Made by a program: the position numbers and the translations under genes. A stretch of 64,000 nt of DNA from an uncultured Bdellovibrionales bacterium. Lineage in GTDB: Bacteria > Patescibacteriota > Minisyncoccia > Moranbacterales > UBA1568. Positions 9,095 through 16,964 of this stretch are shown here, piece after piece. Below the pieces are notes generated by a model, which saw only the letters and a list, made by a program, of their open reading frames with translations, searched no databases and had not been told where the DNA came from. The number at the start of each line of letters is the position of its first letter. The first letter of the stretch is position 1. The DNA lies in assembly GCA_964500505.1 (NCBI GenBank), contig CAZCNN010000002.1:4081-68080 (forward strand), given 5' to 3'.

Positions 9095-10069
9095 ATGCGT
9101 CAAAAATTTGACTTTGTCGGTCCAAACATAACTCCCAAGGCTGAAGTACGGGCGACACATGCTCTGGCGTTGGCGCAGAGACAAGAAAATACTTTTCACA
9201 AAGAGGAACTCGAAAAGACTCCTGGTGAGCGAGCCGCTATCGAACTCTTTGATAAATTCCTCAAGCAAGAATTTCTTGAATTGGATATTCCAGAAGTGCC
9301 TGAATTACGTCCTGATCGATTCCATGTCATGTCTGAGGCGTGGTTTAGTAAGCACAGGAATAAGAGTACTCAGGGTTCTTATGTGCACCTCTATGACAAA
9401 ACTCTCATTTCTCGCGAACGTCCCGGGTCCCCGGTGCAGGTATACACGACGATACTCCATGAAGCGATACATTCTGTAGCCAAGCTTAAAATCCGTTTGA
9501 GCGGCGAAGAAGCTATCCCTACGATCTATCGTCTCGGATATGATATAAAAAATACCTCTGATACAGATAACGCGCATGCTCATCTCGTCGGCTTCAATGA
9601 GGGCGTGGTTGAGCTCACGACCCAAGACATTTTTGAAAAACGAGAAAAGGAAATTGCAGCGCGATTGAACCTTTCAAAGCGAGAGATGGAAGAAGCCAAA
9701 TTTTACTATGCGGATGGTCGTGCCGTCACGCGATCACTTTGTCATGGTCTGGGAGAGGCGACAGGTGTAGGTCCCAAAGTGGCTTGGGATAAAATTAAGC
9801 GAGGTCAGTTTACGGGAGAAATGATGCATTTACGCGATATAGAACGCACCTATGGCAAAGGATCTCTACGGATACTAGACGCTCTCGATGTAACGTCGGA
9901 CCTATCAACGGCTCAAACAATTGAACAGGAAAAAATTTCACGCAGAAACGAGCAAATCCGGGCCTATTTTGAGAGTTATGATCGGCCGGGTCAATCACTA
10001 GCTGTTACAAGGAGTCGCCTAGCCATCGCTATCTTGGGGCTTGAGGGCTACAAGCAGTATTGTCAGTAA
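9095..10069 (+). CDS. Hypothetical protein with zincin-like motifs
   Basis: HEAIH followed downstream by FNEGVVE. Confidence 0.65.
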   Translation: MRQKFDFVGPNITPKAEVRATHALALAQRQENTFHKEELEKTPGERAAIELFDKFLKQEFLELDIPEVPELRPDRFHVMSEAWFSKHRNKSTQGSYVHLYDKTLISRERPGSPVQVYTTILHEAIHSVAKLKIRLSGEEAIPTIYRLGYDIKNTSDTDNAHAHLVGFNEGVVELTTQDIFEKREKEIAARLNLSKREMEEAKFYYADGRAVTRSLCHGLGEATGVGPKVAWDKIKRGQFTGEMMHLRDIERTYGKGSLRILDALDVTSDLSTAQTIEQEKISRRNEQIRAYFESYDRPGQSLAVTRSRLAIAILGLEGYKQYCQ

Positions 10070-10080
10070 AAAAGAAAAAG

Positions 10081-10117
10081 CCTGCCCGAATCGCATACGC
10101 GAAACGTTGCAGGCGGG
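10081..10117. repeat. REP-like palindromic repeat (CCTGCCCG...CGTTGCAGGCGGG)
   Basis: Shares both ends with the copy at 5358-5396. Confidence 0.65.
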
Positions 10118-10167
10118 CCCGCTGCCAGGTTCTGAGGCGGGTTTTGGCTTTGCAACCTGAGAGGGGC

Positions 10168-10359
10168 CTAGCGCACGGATGTTTCCGGCGTCTTTTCCTG
10201 TTGTTCCGGGACTGAGGGAGGAGCATTCGTAGTCGGACTTTGAATGACCCATGTCCCGGACGCACGCAGTGGCGGGCGGCCAGATGGGTTGAGAGCACGA
10301 AAGCGCTCCATTCGATGGCTTTCAGCCCCAAGTCTTGGCTCAAATTTTTCGGTGGCCAT
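10168..10359 (-). CDS. Small hypothetical protein (63 aa, MATEKFEPRLG...)
   Basis: AAGGAG Shine-Dalgarno 7 nt upstream of ATG at 10359; hairpins and T-tract downstream. Confidence 0.45.
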   Translation of the reverse strand: MATEKFEPRLGAESHRMERFRALNPSGRPPLRASGTWVIQSPTTNAPPSVPEQQEKTPETSVR

Positions 10360-10559
10360 CGTGTATCTCCTTGAGAAGGTACAGACAAGTGGAGTTTCTG
10401 AACCAGAAAAAAACCGCCCCATGGCGGTTGTTCACGCTTTGTGGACGGCGGTTTTTTTGTGGGTTGGGTGGTTCATTAGTGGATATGGTACACCTCTTTC
10501 CAAAACCGTGCAACCCCATGATTATATAGGGGAGAAACTTCCCAATCGCTCACTCTACA

Positions 10560-10757
10560 AACGTGTTTCTTCAAAAATACCTTCCCTTTTCTTACCCTTT
10601 CGTAACTGTCGAACATTTCTTTGCTCGCATTGCCGAACAGGGAGCTCTCGGGTCGAGACCGTCCCTACTCGCTCGACTGTTACCGGCACGCTCACAAGAA
10701 ATGTTACCGACGCTACCCGGAGAAAGAAAATGAAAGGTATTTTCGAGAAACTGCGTT
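10560..10757. other. About 200-nt imperfect inverted repeat (rod-like hairpin)
   Basis: Nested pairs AAAATACCTT/AAGGTATTTT, TTTTCTT/AAGAAAA, AACATTTCTT/AAGAAATGTT, TGCCG/CGGCA, AACAG/CTGTT. Confidence 0.7.
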
Positions 10758-10869
10758 ATTCAACATATTCCCCCTCACAAGAATCCTCTCGGGCGAATTT
10801 TGAGCCGAAAGCAGGTCTTTTTGTGAAAGCAAAAAGTTTCGGATCAAACTTCAACAAAAATCTCGCTGG

Positions 10870-10889
10870 CCTGCCTGCCGGTAGGCAGG
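10870..10889. repeat. 20-bp palindromic REP-like repeat CCTGCCTGCCGGTAGGCAGG inside a terminator-like hairpin
   Basis: Near-perfect palindrome flanked by ACAAAAATC/GATTTTTGT, downstream of the phosphomannomutase gene. Confidence 0.7.
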
Positions 10890-10954
10890 GATTTTTGTGG
10901 CCAGAGAGGGTTGCTTGGGAGTGGAGAACCCTTATGTGTGTAGGTCGAAAGAAG

Positions 10955-12289
10955 CTACCCTCTTATGAGCGCAAGGAGTTCGGCTTGCTTTTCAGCCATG
11001 AGTTCGGGGGTATTGGCCTCGAGGTTGAGGCGGAGGAGTGGCTCGGTATTGGATGGACGGACGTTGAACCACCAGTCGGGATACTCGACTTTGAGACCAT
11101 CAAGTTCGTGCTGTTTGCCATCGGCATACTTGGCCTTGAGCGTGGCGAGGACAACGTCTTTATCCTTCACTTCGCTATTGATTTCGCCTGAGTGAGAGTA
11201 GCGACGTAGTTCGGCGACCAGCTCCGATATGGGCTGGCCGGTTTCGGCCATGAGATTGAGGAGCATGAGGGTGGCGAGGGTACTTGCTTCGGCGTTCGAG
11301 TTTTCTTGGAAGTAGTAGTGACCCGAGAGTTCACCGGCAAAGACGGCCCCTTCCTCGGTCATCTGGCGCTTGATATAGGCGTGGCCGACGCGACATTCTT
11401 TGGCTACCCCGCCATTTTCTTCGATGATTTCTTTGACGGCCTTGGAGGAACGGAGGTCATAGAGGACGGTGCGACCAGGGTAGTGCCGTAGGATAGTCTT
11501 GGCGATGAGGCCAGTAGTGAGGTCCATAGGAATCACGGTCCCAGTTTCGTCGACAAACCCGACTCGGTCAGCGTCTCCGTCATAGGCAATGCCGAGATCG
11601 GCGTTGACCTCGGTCACTTTGGCTCGGAGCTCGTCGAGGGTCTCGGTTTTGAGGGGATTGGCTTCGTGGCACTCAAAGGGGTGGGTGAGATCGTTGTAGA
11701 GATTGACCACCGAGAGGTTGTCGGCGAACTGCTCGTAGATCGGGAGTTCAAACACGCCCATGGAGTTGGCGGTGTCGATGGCGATGGTGAAGTGCTTGTC
11801 CTTGAAGTCGGCAAAGGAGGCAAAGTAGCCGTAGTAGGCGTGTTTGATGTCCTCGCTCGTCATCGTGCCACGCTCGGATACGGGAGCCCATTCCTTGCGG
11901 AGGGCGAGGTCGCGAATCTCTCGGAGACCGGTACTTTCACCGACCGGGACCGCCCCGCGGAGGGCGATCTTGAGGCCATTGTATTCTGGGGGATTGTGGG
12001 AAGCCGTGAGAGAGACCGCAGCGTCAATCTCGAGACGACCAGCGGCAAAGTAGACCATAGGTGTGGTGATCACACCGAGGTCAATGACATCGGCTCCACC
12101 ATCCATCACGCCACGAGCAAAGCTCTCAAAGAGGCTCGGGCTCGAGGCGCGGATATCACGTCCGACACCAAGGACCTTGGGCCGGAGGTGCTCGACGACC
12201 GCTCGTCCGATGTGGTAGGCGTCGTCTTCATTGAGCTCGGAGGGGTAAATACCACGAATATCGTAGGCTTTGAAAATACCTAGTTTCAT
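10955..12289 (-). CDS. manB: Phosphomannomutase/phosphoglucomutase
   Basis: FKAYDIRG, TASHNP, DGDADR, GELSGH, RPSNTEP. Confidence 0.95.
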   Translation of the reverse strand: MKLGIFKAYDIRGIYPSELNEDDAYHIGRAVVEHLRPKVLGVGRDIRASSPSLFESFARGVMDGGADVIDLGVITTPMVYFAAGRLEIDAAVSLTASHNPPEYNGLKIALRGAVPVGESTGLREIRDLALRKEWAPVSERGTMTSEDIKHAYYGYFASFADFKDKHFTIAIDTANSMGVFELPIYEQFADNLSVVNLYNDLTHPFECHEANPLKTETLDELRAKVTEVNADLGIAYDGDADRVGFVDETGTVIPMDLTTGLIAKTILRHYPGRTVLYDLRSSKAVKEIIEENGGVAKECRVGHAYIKRQMTEEGAVFAGELSGHYYFQENSNAEASTLATLMLLNLMAETGQPISELVAELRRYSHSGEINSEVKDKDVVLATLKAKYADGKQHELDGLKVEYPDWWFNVRPSNTEPLLRLNLEANTPELMAEKQAELLALIRG

Positions 12290-12338
12290 AAGGGCTTCAT
12301 AGGGATTATTGCCCATAGTATAGCATCCTGATGAGGTA

Positions 12339-12367
12339 TTGACAAAATACCGAAAAAGGAGTATAAT
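12339..12367 (+). promoter_or_regulatory. Consensus sigma-70 promoter of the lipoprotein gene
   Basis: TTGACA-17 nt-TATAAT, perfect consensus. Confidence 0.85.
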
Positions 12368-12459
12368 GGTATGTTCAGTGCACTCTGCGCTGATCGCGTT
12401 CTTTCCTATCTGCAACGGCCATTTCGGCCACAACCGGGCTTTTGCCCAAGGAGATAGCC

Positions 12460-13767
12460 ATGACAAAATGGCGTCAGTACCTGGGGGCTTTGCTCCTGGG
12501 AATCTTCCTCGCCGCGTGCGGTGGTGGGGGAGCAGGCGGTCCTGTGCAAGTGGTCGAGAAGGCTACTTCGCTCGGTGATGTCAGTCGTGCGGTGGTGAGC
12601 AAGACGACATTGAGTAGTCGATCGCTGACCACCACTCGCGAGCAGGCGCTCGCCGTGAAGGTGGCGCCGACCATCACAGCCCAGCAGCTCATCTTCTGGG
12701 CACAGGACTGGGCGGCAACACAGAAGCCACCGCTCACTCTCTTCACCCCGAAGTGCTCGAAGGTCGAGCGTGCTGAGTTCGAAGGCACCACCTACGACTT
12801 CTGCTTCTACTCAGTGTCGAATGCCTACCTGGGCGTCGATGCCGGGAATGATCGCGGGGTCTATGTCTACCAGAACAACGTCCTCACCAAGTTCGGGACC
12901 CTCTCGGACTACACGTGTGACGTCGATCCGGGGCAGTGCGGTGGCAATAGCGCCGCTGGTACGCTTGACATATCGGCTACGAGCAAGGTGCTTTTGCCGA
13001 ATTACGTCAACGGCAAGCTCACGTACCTGGGGGCTGCCGATAAGAAGAGCTACGACATCACCCTGGGGCAGACCGCCAAGGTGTGCTGGGTGTCCAACCG
13101 CAAAGGTTGGGGAATCGACGCACAGGCGTGTGCTGTCCCGGCAGTCGATGGCACTCTCCGGATGGCCGGGATGTGCTCGAGCGACAAGGGCTTGGTCACG
13201 GTCTGGCGCAATGACCGGACCAAGCCGGAAGAGGCCGAGCTCTGGGTGGACTTCGCGTCGGCCAAGGGTTGGAAGCTTGCGGGCGACTTGTCGCCCAAGC
13301 TGGTCGGCGGGTTCATCGAGTACGGTGGTTACCGCGCAGCCCAGGTGTCCTACCAGAAGGAAGGTGGCAAGCTCACGGTGCGCTTCGGCTCCGACTGTCT
13401 CGGCGGCTTCGTCTACGAACAGACGCCTGGCGTCTGGAAGTTGGCGACGCTCGTGCCGGGTGACATGCGGTTCCTGTGGAACGGCCAGACCAAGCAGGAG
13501 GGATTCCTGACTTGGGACGACACGACCAAGGAATACGTCGTCGTGTTCTCAGGCATTCCGTGCGGCGAACAAGCCAACGTCTCGCTCTATAAGCTCAAGT
13601 CGAAGACGGGCGACGTGGTGGTTTGGGAAGATCAGCCGTACGCATGGCTTGGCATCCCCGATCCTGGCGCTGTCAACCCGCTTTGGGAACAAGGCACCGG
13701 CTTGAGCTTTTTGGTCAAGAAGCTCATCAACAAGGACGAGCGCTCCATCGTCCTCAGCTGCAACTGA
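12460..13767 (+). CDS. Cys-rich putative lipoprotein of foreign-looking composition
   Basis: Lipobox LAAC-GGGG, AAGGAG RBS, visibly GC-rich codons, own promoter and terminator. Confidence 0.8.
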   Translation: MTKWRQYLGALLLGIFLAACGGGGAGGPVQVVEKATSLGDVSRAVVSKTTLSSRSLTTTREQALAVKVAPTITAQQLIFWAQDWAATQKPPLTLFTPKCSKVERAEFEGTTYDFCFYSVSNAYLGVDAGNDRGVYVYQNNVLTKFGTLSDYTCDVDPGQCGGNSAAGTLDISATSKVLLPNYVNGKLTYLGAADKKSYDITLGQTAKVCWVSNRKGWGIDAQACAVPAVDGTLRMAGMCSSDKGLVTVWRNDRTKPEEAELWVDFASAKGWKLAGDLSPKLVGGFIEYGGYRAAQVSYQKEGGKLTVRFGSDCLGGFVYEQTPGVWKLATLVPGDMRFLWNGQTKQEGFLTWDDTTKEYVVVFSGIPCGEQANVSLYKLKSKTGDVVVWEDQPYAWLGIPDPGAVNPLWEQGTGLSFLVKKLINKDERSIVLSCN

Positions 13768-13787
13768 CCATCGGCCAACGCGCCAAC

Positions 13788-13820
13788 AGCCCCCTCGTTT
13801 CACGACGAGCGGGGCTTTTT
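13788..13820 (+). terminator. Rho-independent terminator
   Basis: AGCCCC..CTCGT...ACGAG..GGGGCT followed by a T-tract. Confidence 0.75.
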
Positions 13821-13822
13821 CT

Positions 13823-13851
13823 TTGACCAAAATGCTATTTTCTGAAAGAAT
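13823..13851 (+). promoter_or_regulatory. Probable native ychF promoter, now reading into the element
   Basis: TTGACC-17 nt-AAGAAT with TG extended motif, just upstream of the displaced ychF ATG at 13875. Confidence 0.45.
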
Positions 13852-13874
13852 GAAGAACATTCAAGAAATACTCT

Positions 13875-13907
13875 ATGAGCCTCAAAGTTGGTACAGTATG
13901 GACTCTA
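13875..13907 (+). other. attL: displaced 5' end of ychF (MSLKV) joined to the element's left end
   Basis: ATGAGCCTCAAAGT joined to CGGAATCGTAGGACTGCCAAAC (37989 onward) restores canonical [17 protein letters not shown]. Confidence 0.85.
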
Positions 13908-14046
13908 CCAGACATGATTCGAGTGATAGCTCGGTGAAATCAATCCCGTTTTCTTTCGTGATAAAGCTACCGCCTCCACTACAAAGGGGAGTAGACTATG
14001 GCTTCAAGCCATCAAAAAAGACTCCATAATCTCATTGGGATTTTCT

Positions 14047-14496
14047 ATGTACACATCGGAAGAAATTGACTATGAATTAGACGATACCTGCCTTATCGTT
14101 CCCGAACATGCAAGAACTCCTTTAGTAAAGGCTCTATCTTATCTACCAGAAGAGATTATTGATTTTGTGGTTGAAAATTGTGTCTTTGTTTCTCTAGATA
14201 AGGAAACCAGAGGAATGTACATGACAATCAATGATTTTCGTCTTGAAAGTAAGACGGGTTTCATTTTCTTCCCTGCCGAGCTCTGGTCCAAGGATGAAGA
14301 AGCCATAGCGTTTGTAGTGGCTCATGAGGTCGCTCATGCGTATAAAGGACATGGGTTTAAAAGTTTCGAAGACACGGAGGCTACTATTAATGGCAGCAGA
14401 GAAAAAGATGCGGACAAGCAGGCTATTGAATGGCTGAAGCCACATTTCAAGGGATCATTCGAGAAGTACATCTATAAGGACTGGCAATTGTCATAA
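14047..14496 (+). CDS. Zincin metallopeptidase-like protein (ImmA/IrrE/M48-like)
   Basis: AHEVAH plus downstream EKDAD motif. Confidence 0.7.
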   Translation: MYTSEEIDYELDDTCLIVPEHARTPLVKALSYLPEEIIDFVVENCVFVSLDKETRGMYMTINDFRLESKTGFIFFPAELWSKDEEAIAFVVAHEVAHAYKGHGFKSFEDTEATINGSREKDADKQAIEWLKPHFKGSFEKYIYKDWQLS

Positions 14497-14571
14497 GATT
14501 TATCTAGGTTCATATAGTGGTGGAGTATAACCGTACCGTCAAAGGTGCGGCTTTATTTTTTGTCCCAAATA

Positions 14572-14591
14572 GTGTAAAGTTGTGTTAAGTT
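14572..14591 (+). promoter_or_regulatory. Tandem 10-bp direct repeat, candidate operator
   Basis: GTGTAAAGTT-GTGTTAAGTT, 12 nt upstream of the HTH gene start. Confidence 0.45.
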
Positions 14592-14603
14592 GGTAACTTT
14601 CAT

Positions 14604-14792
14604 ATGACTGAACAGAAAAAGGACGAAATCATCACTTTGGCCGAAGCCTCTGAAATTCTAGGCTTCCATCCCAATACACTCCGTAAATGGGACAACACGG
14701 GATTCTTGAAGGCAATTCGGTTTGGTAGGAGAGGGGATAGGCGATATCGGAAAAGTGATATTTTGAAGCTTCTTGATCAAAAGATGAAATAA
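14604..14792 (+). CDS. MerR/BldC/excisionase-like HTH protein
   Basis: ITLAEASEILGFHPNTLRKWD...GDRRY. Confidence 0.88.
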   Translation: MTEQKKDEIITLAEASEILGFHPNTLRKWDNTGFLKAIRFGRRGDRRYRKSDILKLLDQKMK

Positions 14793-14804
14793 GTAAGAAA
14801 ACCT

Positions 14805-16928
14805 ATGGCAAAGATATCTAAGCTGTTGGATGCGATTAAAGACAAGGAGATTGTTGTTCCTGAATTCCAGAGAGAGTATGTATGGAGTTTGGAGCAGGCG
14901 AAAGAGCTCATGGCATCCTTGTTTCAGGAATATCCCACAGGAAGCATTTTGATCTGGGAAACAACGACTCCTCCAGAAATCAAAAATGATGCAGTCAAGA
15001 AAGATAAGATGGGTTGGATCAAAGTACTTCTTGATGGACAGCAGCGTCTGACGACTCTCTATCTCCTCATAAAAGGGGATATACCGCCGTACTACAAAGA
15101 ATCTGAGATCACTCATGATCCACGGCATCTGTTTTTTAATCTGAGAACAGCGGAGTTTAATTACTACCAGAAGCAGAAAATGGAGGAGAGCCCTTTCTGG
15201 AAATCGGTCGTGAGCTGCTTTAATGATAAGTTTGATGCCTTTACTCTGGTCGAAGGCCTGCATGTAGAGGATGCTAGGGAAAAACTGGAAATCGGAAGCA
15301 TTGTAAATAAGAATCTTGTCCGATTGCGGGCAATAGCGGATATCGACTATTTTGAACAGTCGGTTCCGCAGGGGCTAGATATTGATAAGGCCATCGATAT
15401 ATTCGACCGGGTTAACTCGATGGGGACGAAGCTTACGGAAGCGGAACTGGTCCTGACACATGTTGCTGGGAGATGGCCACAAGCTCGCCGGGTCATGAAA
15501 GAGAAAATAGATGCCTATGAGAAAGCCGGGTTCTCCTTTGAGTTGGAATTCCTGACCCGTTGCTTTGTTGTGCTTCTCACGAACTCGGCTCTGTACGAAA
15601 AAATGACAGATGAAATTTATAAGAATACGACGGAGGAAATTTACAAGGAGACATGGGAAAAACTGGTGAAGATACTTGACTATATCATTCCTATTCTCAA
15701 GCAGTCTGCCTATATCAGTGGGAGTCGTGATATGAACACGAATAATGTTCTTGTTCCGCTGATTGCTTATTTGTCCAAGAACGGCGGGATCTTTAGCCCT
15801 GAGCTCAAAAATCAATTTTTGCGCTGGATGTTTCTCGCTCTTATCTGGGGTCGGTACAGCGGTCAGACTGATCAGCGTTTGGATAAGGATGTTTATCTGG
15901 CAATCAGTAGTCCACAGCCGGTGTCGGATCTCATCAATGAGATTGAGGACTTGCGAGGAAGGATAGAAATTAAGCCAGCCGATCTCGAAGGCCGTGGCTC
16001 AAGCCATCCGCTCCACCGTATGCTCTATGTGCTGGCGAAATACAACAAAGCGACAGATTGGGCGAATGGCGGTTCGCTACAAGATACAATGGGTGATTAC
16101 TATAGCATCCAGAGTCACCATGTTTTTCCACAAGCATTTTTGTACAAGAACGGATACGACTCAGAAAATCACTTAGACAAGAAAAAGGTGAATGAGATTG
16201 CCAATCGAGCATTCATTACACGAGATACGAATTTTGATATCTCAGACAAACAGCCTGTCGATTATCTGGAAGAAGTTTCTGCGAAATACCCTGAGGCGCT
16301 TGGTCAACAGTTGATACCGACAGAAAAGTCTTTGTGGGAAGTTGGAAAATACAATGAATTTTTGACTGCCCGAAGAAAAATGATTGCGGATTCGGTTAAT
16401 GCCTTTTTAGATCACCTGAAAGGAGTGGAGACTGAAGAGGTGGTTAATTACGAGGAGGACATCAAGGCGGGAGAGAGCGACTACCTTGAATTCAAGTCCT
16501 CGCTTCGTTGGGATTATGAGCAGGGGACAACGAACAAGCTGATGGAGTATGTTGTTGCTAAGACGATAGCGGCATTCATGAATTCCGAGGGCGGGAAGCT
16601 CTTTATCGGAGTGAATGATGCCGGGAAGGTTCTGGGTATTGAAAAGGATTACGAGACATTGAAAAACAAGAATCGAGACAGTTTCTTGCTCCAGCTGACT
16701 CAGGTGATCAATAATTATCTGGGCAGGGAGTTTAATCAGTATGTTGGAATAAAAATTGATCAGGTGGGTGGTAAAGATATATGCATTGTCGATGTGGCCA
16801 ATAGTGCAATGCCGGTGTATCTGAAAAATAATGACAAGGAAGAGTTTTATATCCGAGCGTCCGCTTCCTCGCAGCCGATGAGTATTAGAGAGGCCAATGA
16901 GTATATTCGAACACGCTGGGAGAGCTAG
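14805..16928 (+). CDS. DUF262 (GmrS) + HNH (GmrD-like) + Schlafen/AlbA_2 fusion
   Basis: PEFQREYVW, LLDGQQRLTT, IFDRVN; HHVFP...IANR..I...N; GESDYLEFKSS, IAAFMNSEGGKLFIGVND. Confidence 0.88.
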   Translation: MAKISKLLDAIKDKEIVVPEFQREYVWSLEQAKELMASLFQEYPTGSILIWETTTPPEIKNDAVKKDKMGWIKVLLDGQQRLTTLYLLIKGDIPPYYKESEITHDPRHLFFNLRTAEFNYYQKQKMEESPFWKSVVSCFNDKFDAFTLVEGLHVEDAREKLEIGSIVNKNLVRLRAIADIDYFEQSVPQGLDIDKAIDIFDRVNSMGTKLTEAELVLTHVAGRWPQARRVMKEKIDAYEKAGFSFELEFLTRCFVVLLTNSALYEKMTDEIYKNTTEEIYKETWEKLVKILDYIIPILKQSAYISGSRDMNTNNVLVPLIAYLSKNGGIFSPELKNQFLRWMFLALIWGRYSGQTDQRLDKDVYLAISSPQPVSDLINEIEDLRGRIEIKPADLEGRGSSHPLHRMLYVLAKYNKATDWANGGSLQDTMGDYYSIQSHHVFPQAFLYKNGYDSENHLDKKKVNEIANRAFITRDTNFDISDKQPVDYLEEVSAKYPEALGQQLIPTEKSLWEVGKYNEFLTARRKMIADSVNAFLDHLKGVETEEVVNYEEDIKAGESDYLEFKSSLRWDYEQGTTNKLMEYVVAKTIAAFMNSEGGKLFIGVNDAGKVLGIEKDYETLKNKNRDSFLLQLTQVINNYLGREFNQYVGIKIDQVGGKDICIVDVANSAMPVYLKNNDKEEFYIRASASSQPMSIREANEYIRTRWES

Positions 16929-16964
16929 CACGAGTGAAATTCCTTGAGCAAAAAAGAAATAATT

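Noticed and set aside
10080-10335. Possible RNase P RNA or tmRNA on the minus strand (AAAGTCCG, CAGAACC, GGGGCTGA words)
   Set aside because: The P4 halves are not complementary and there is no tRNA-like 3' end with CCA; an SD-led small ORF explains the region better.
10244-11191. 315-aa plus-strand ORF
   Set aside because: Runs through hairpins and a REP repeat and antisense into manB; no recognisable motifs.
13823-14029. 68-aa ORF as an independent gene
   Set aside because: Starts at the TTG of a -35 box and spans attL; only 13889-14029 is meaningful, as the integrase tail of the excised form.
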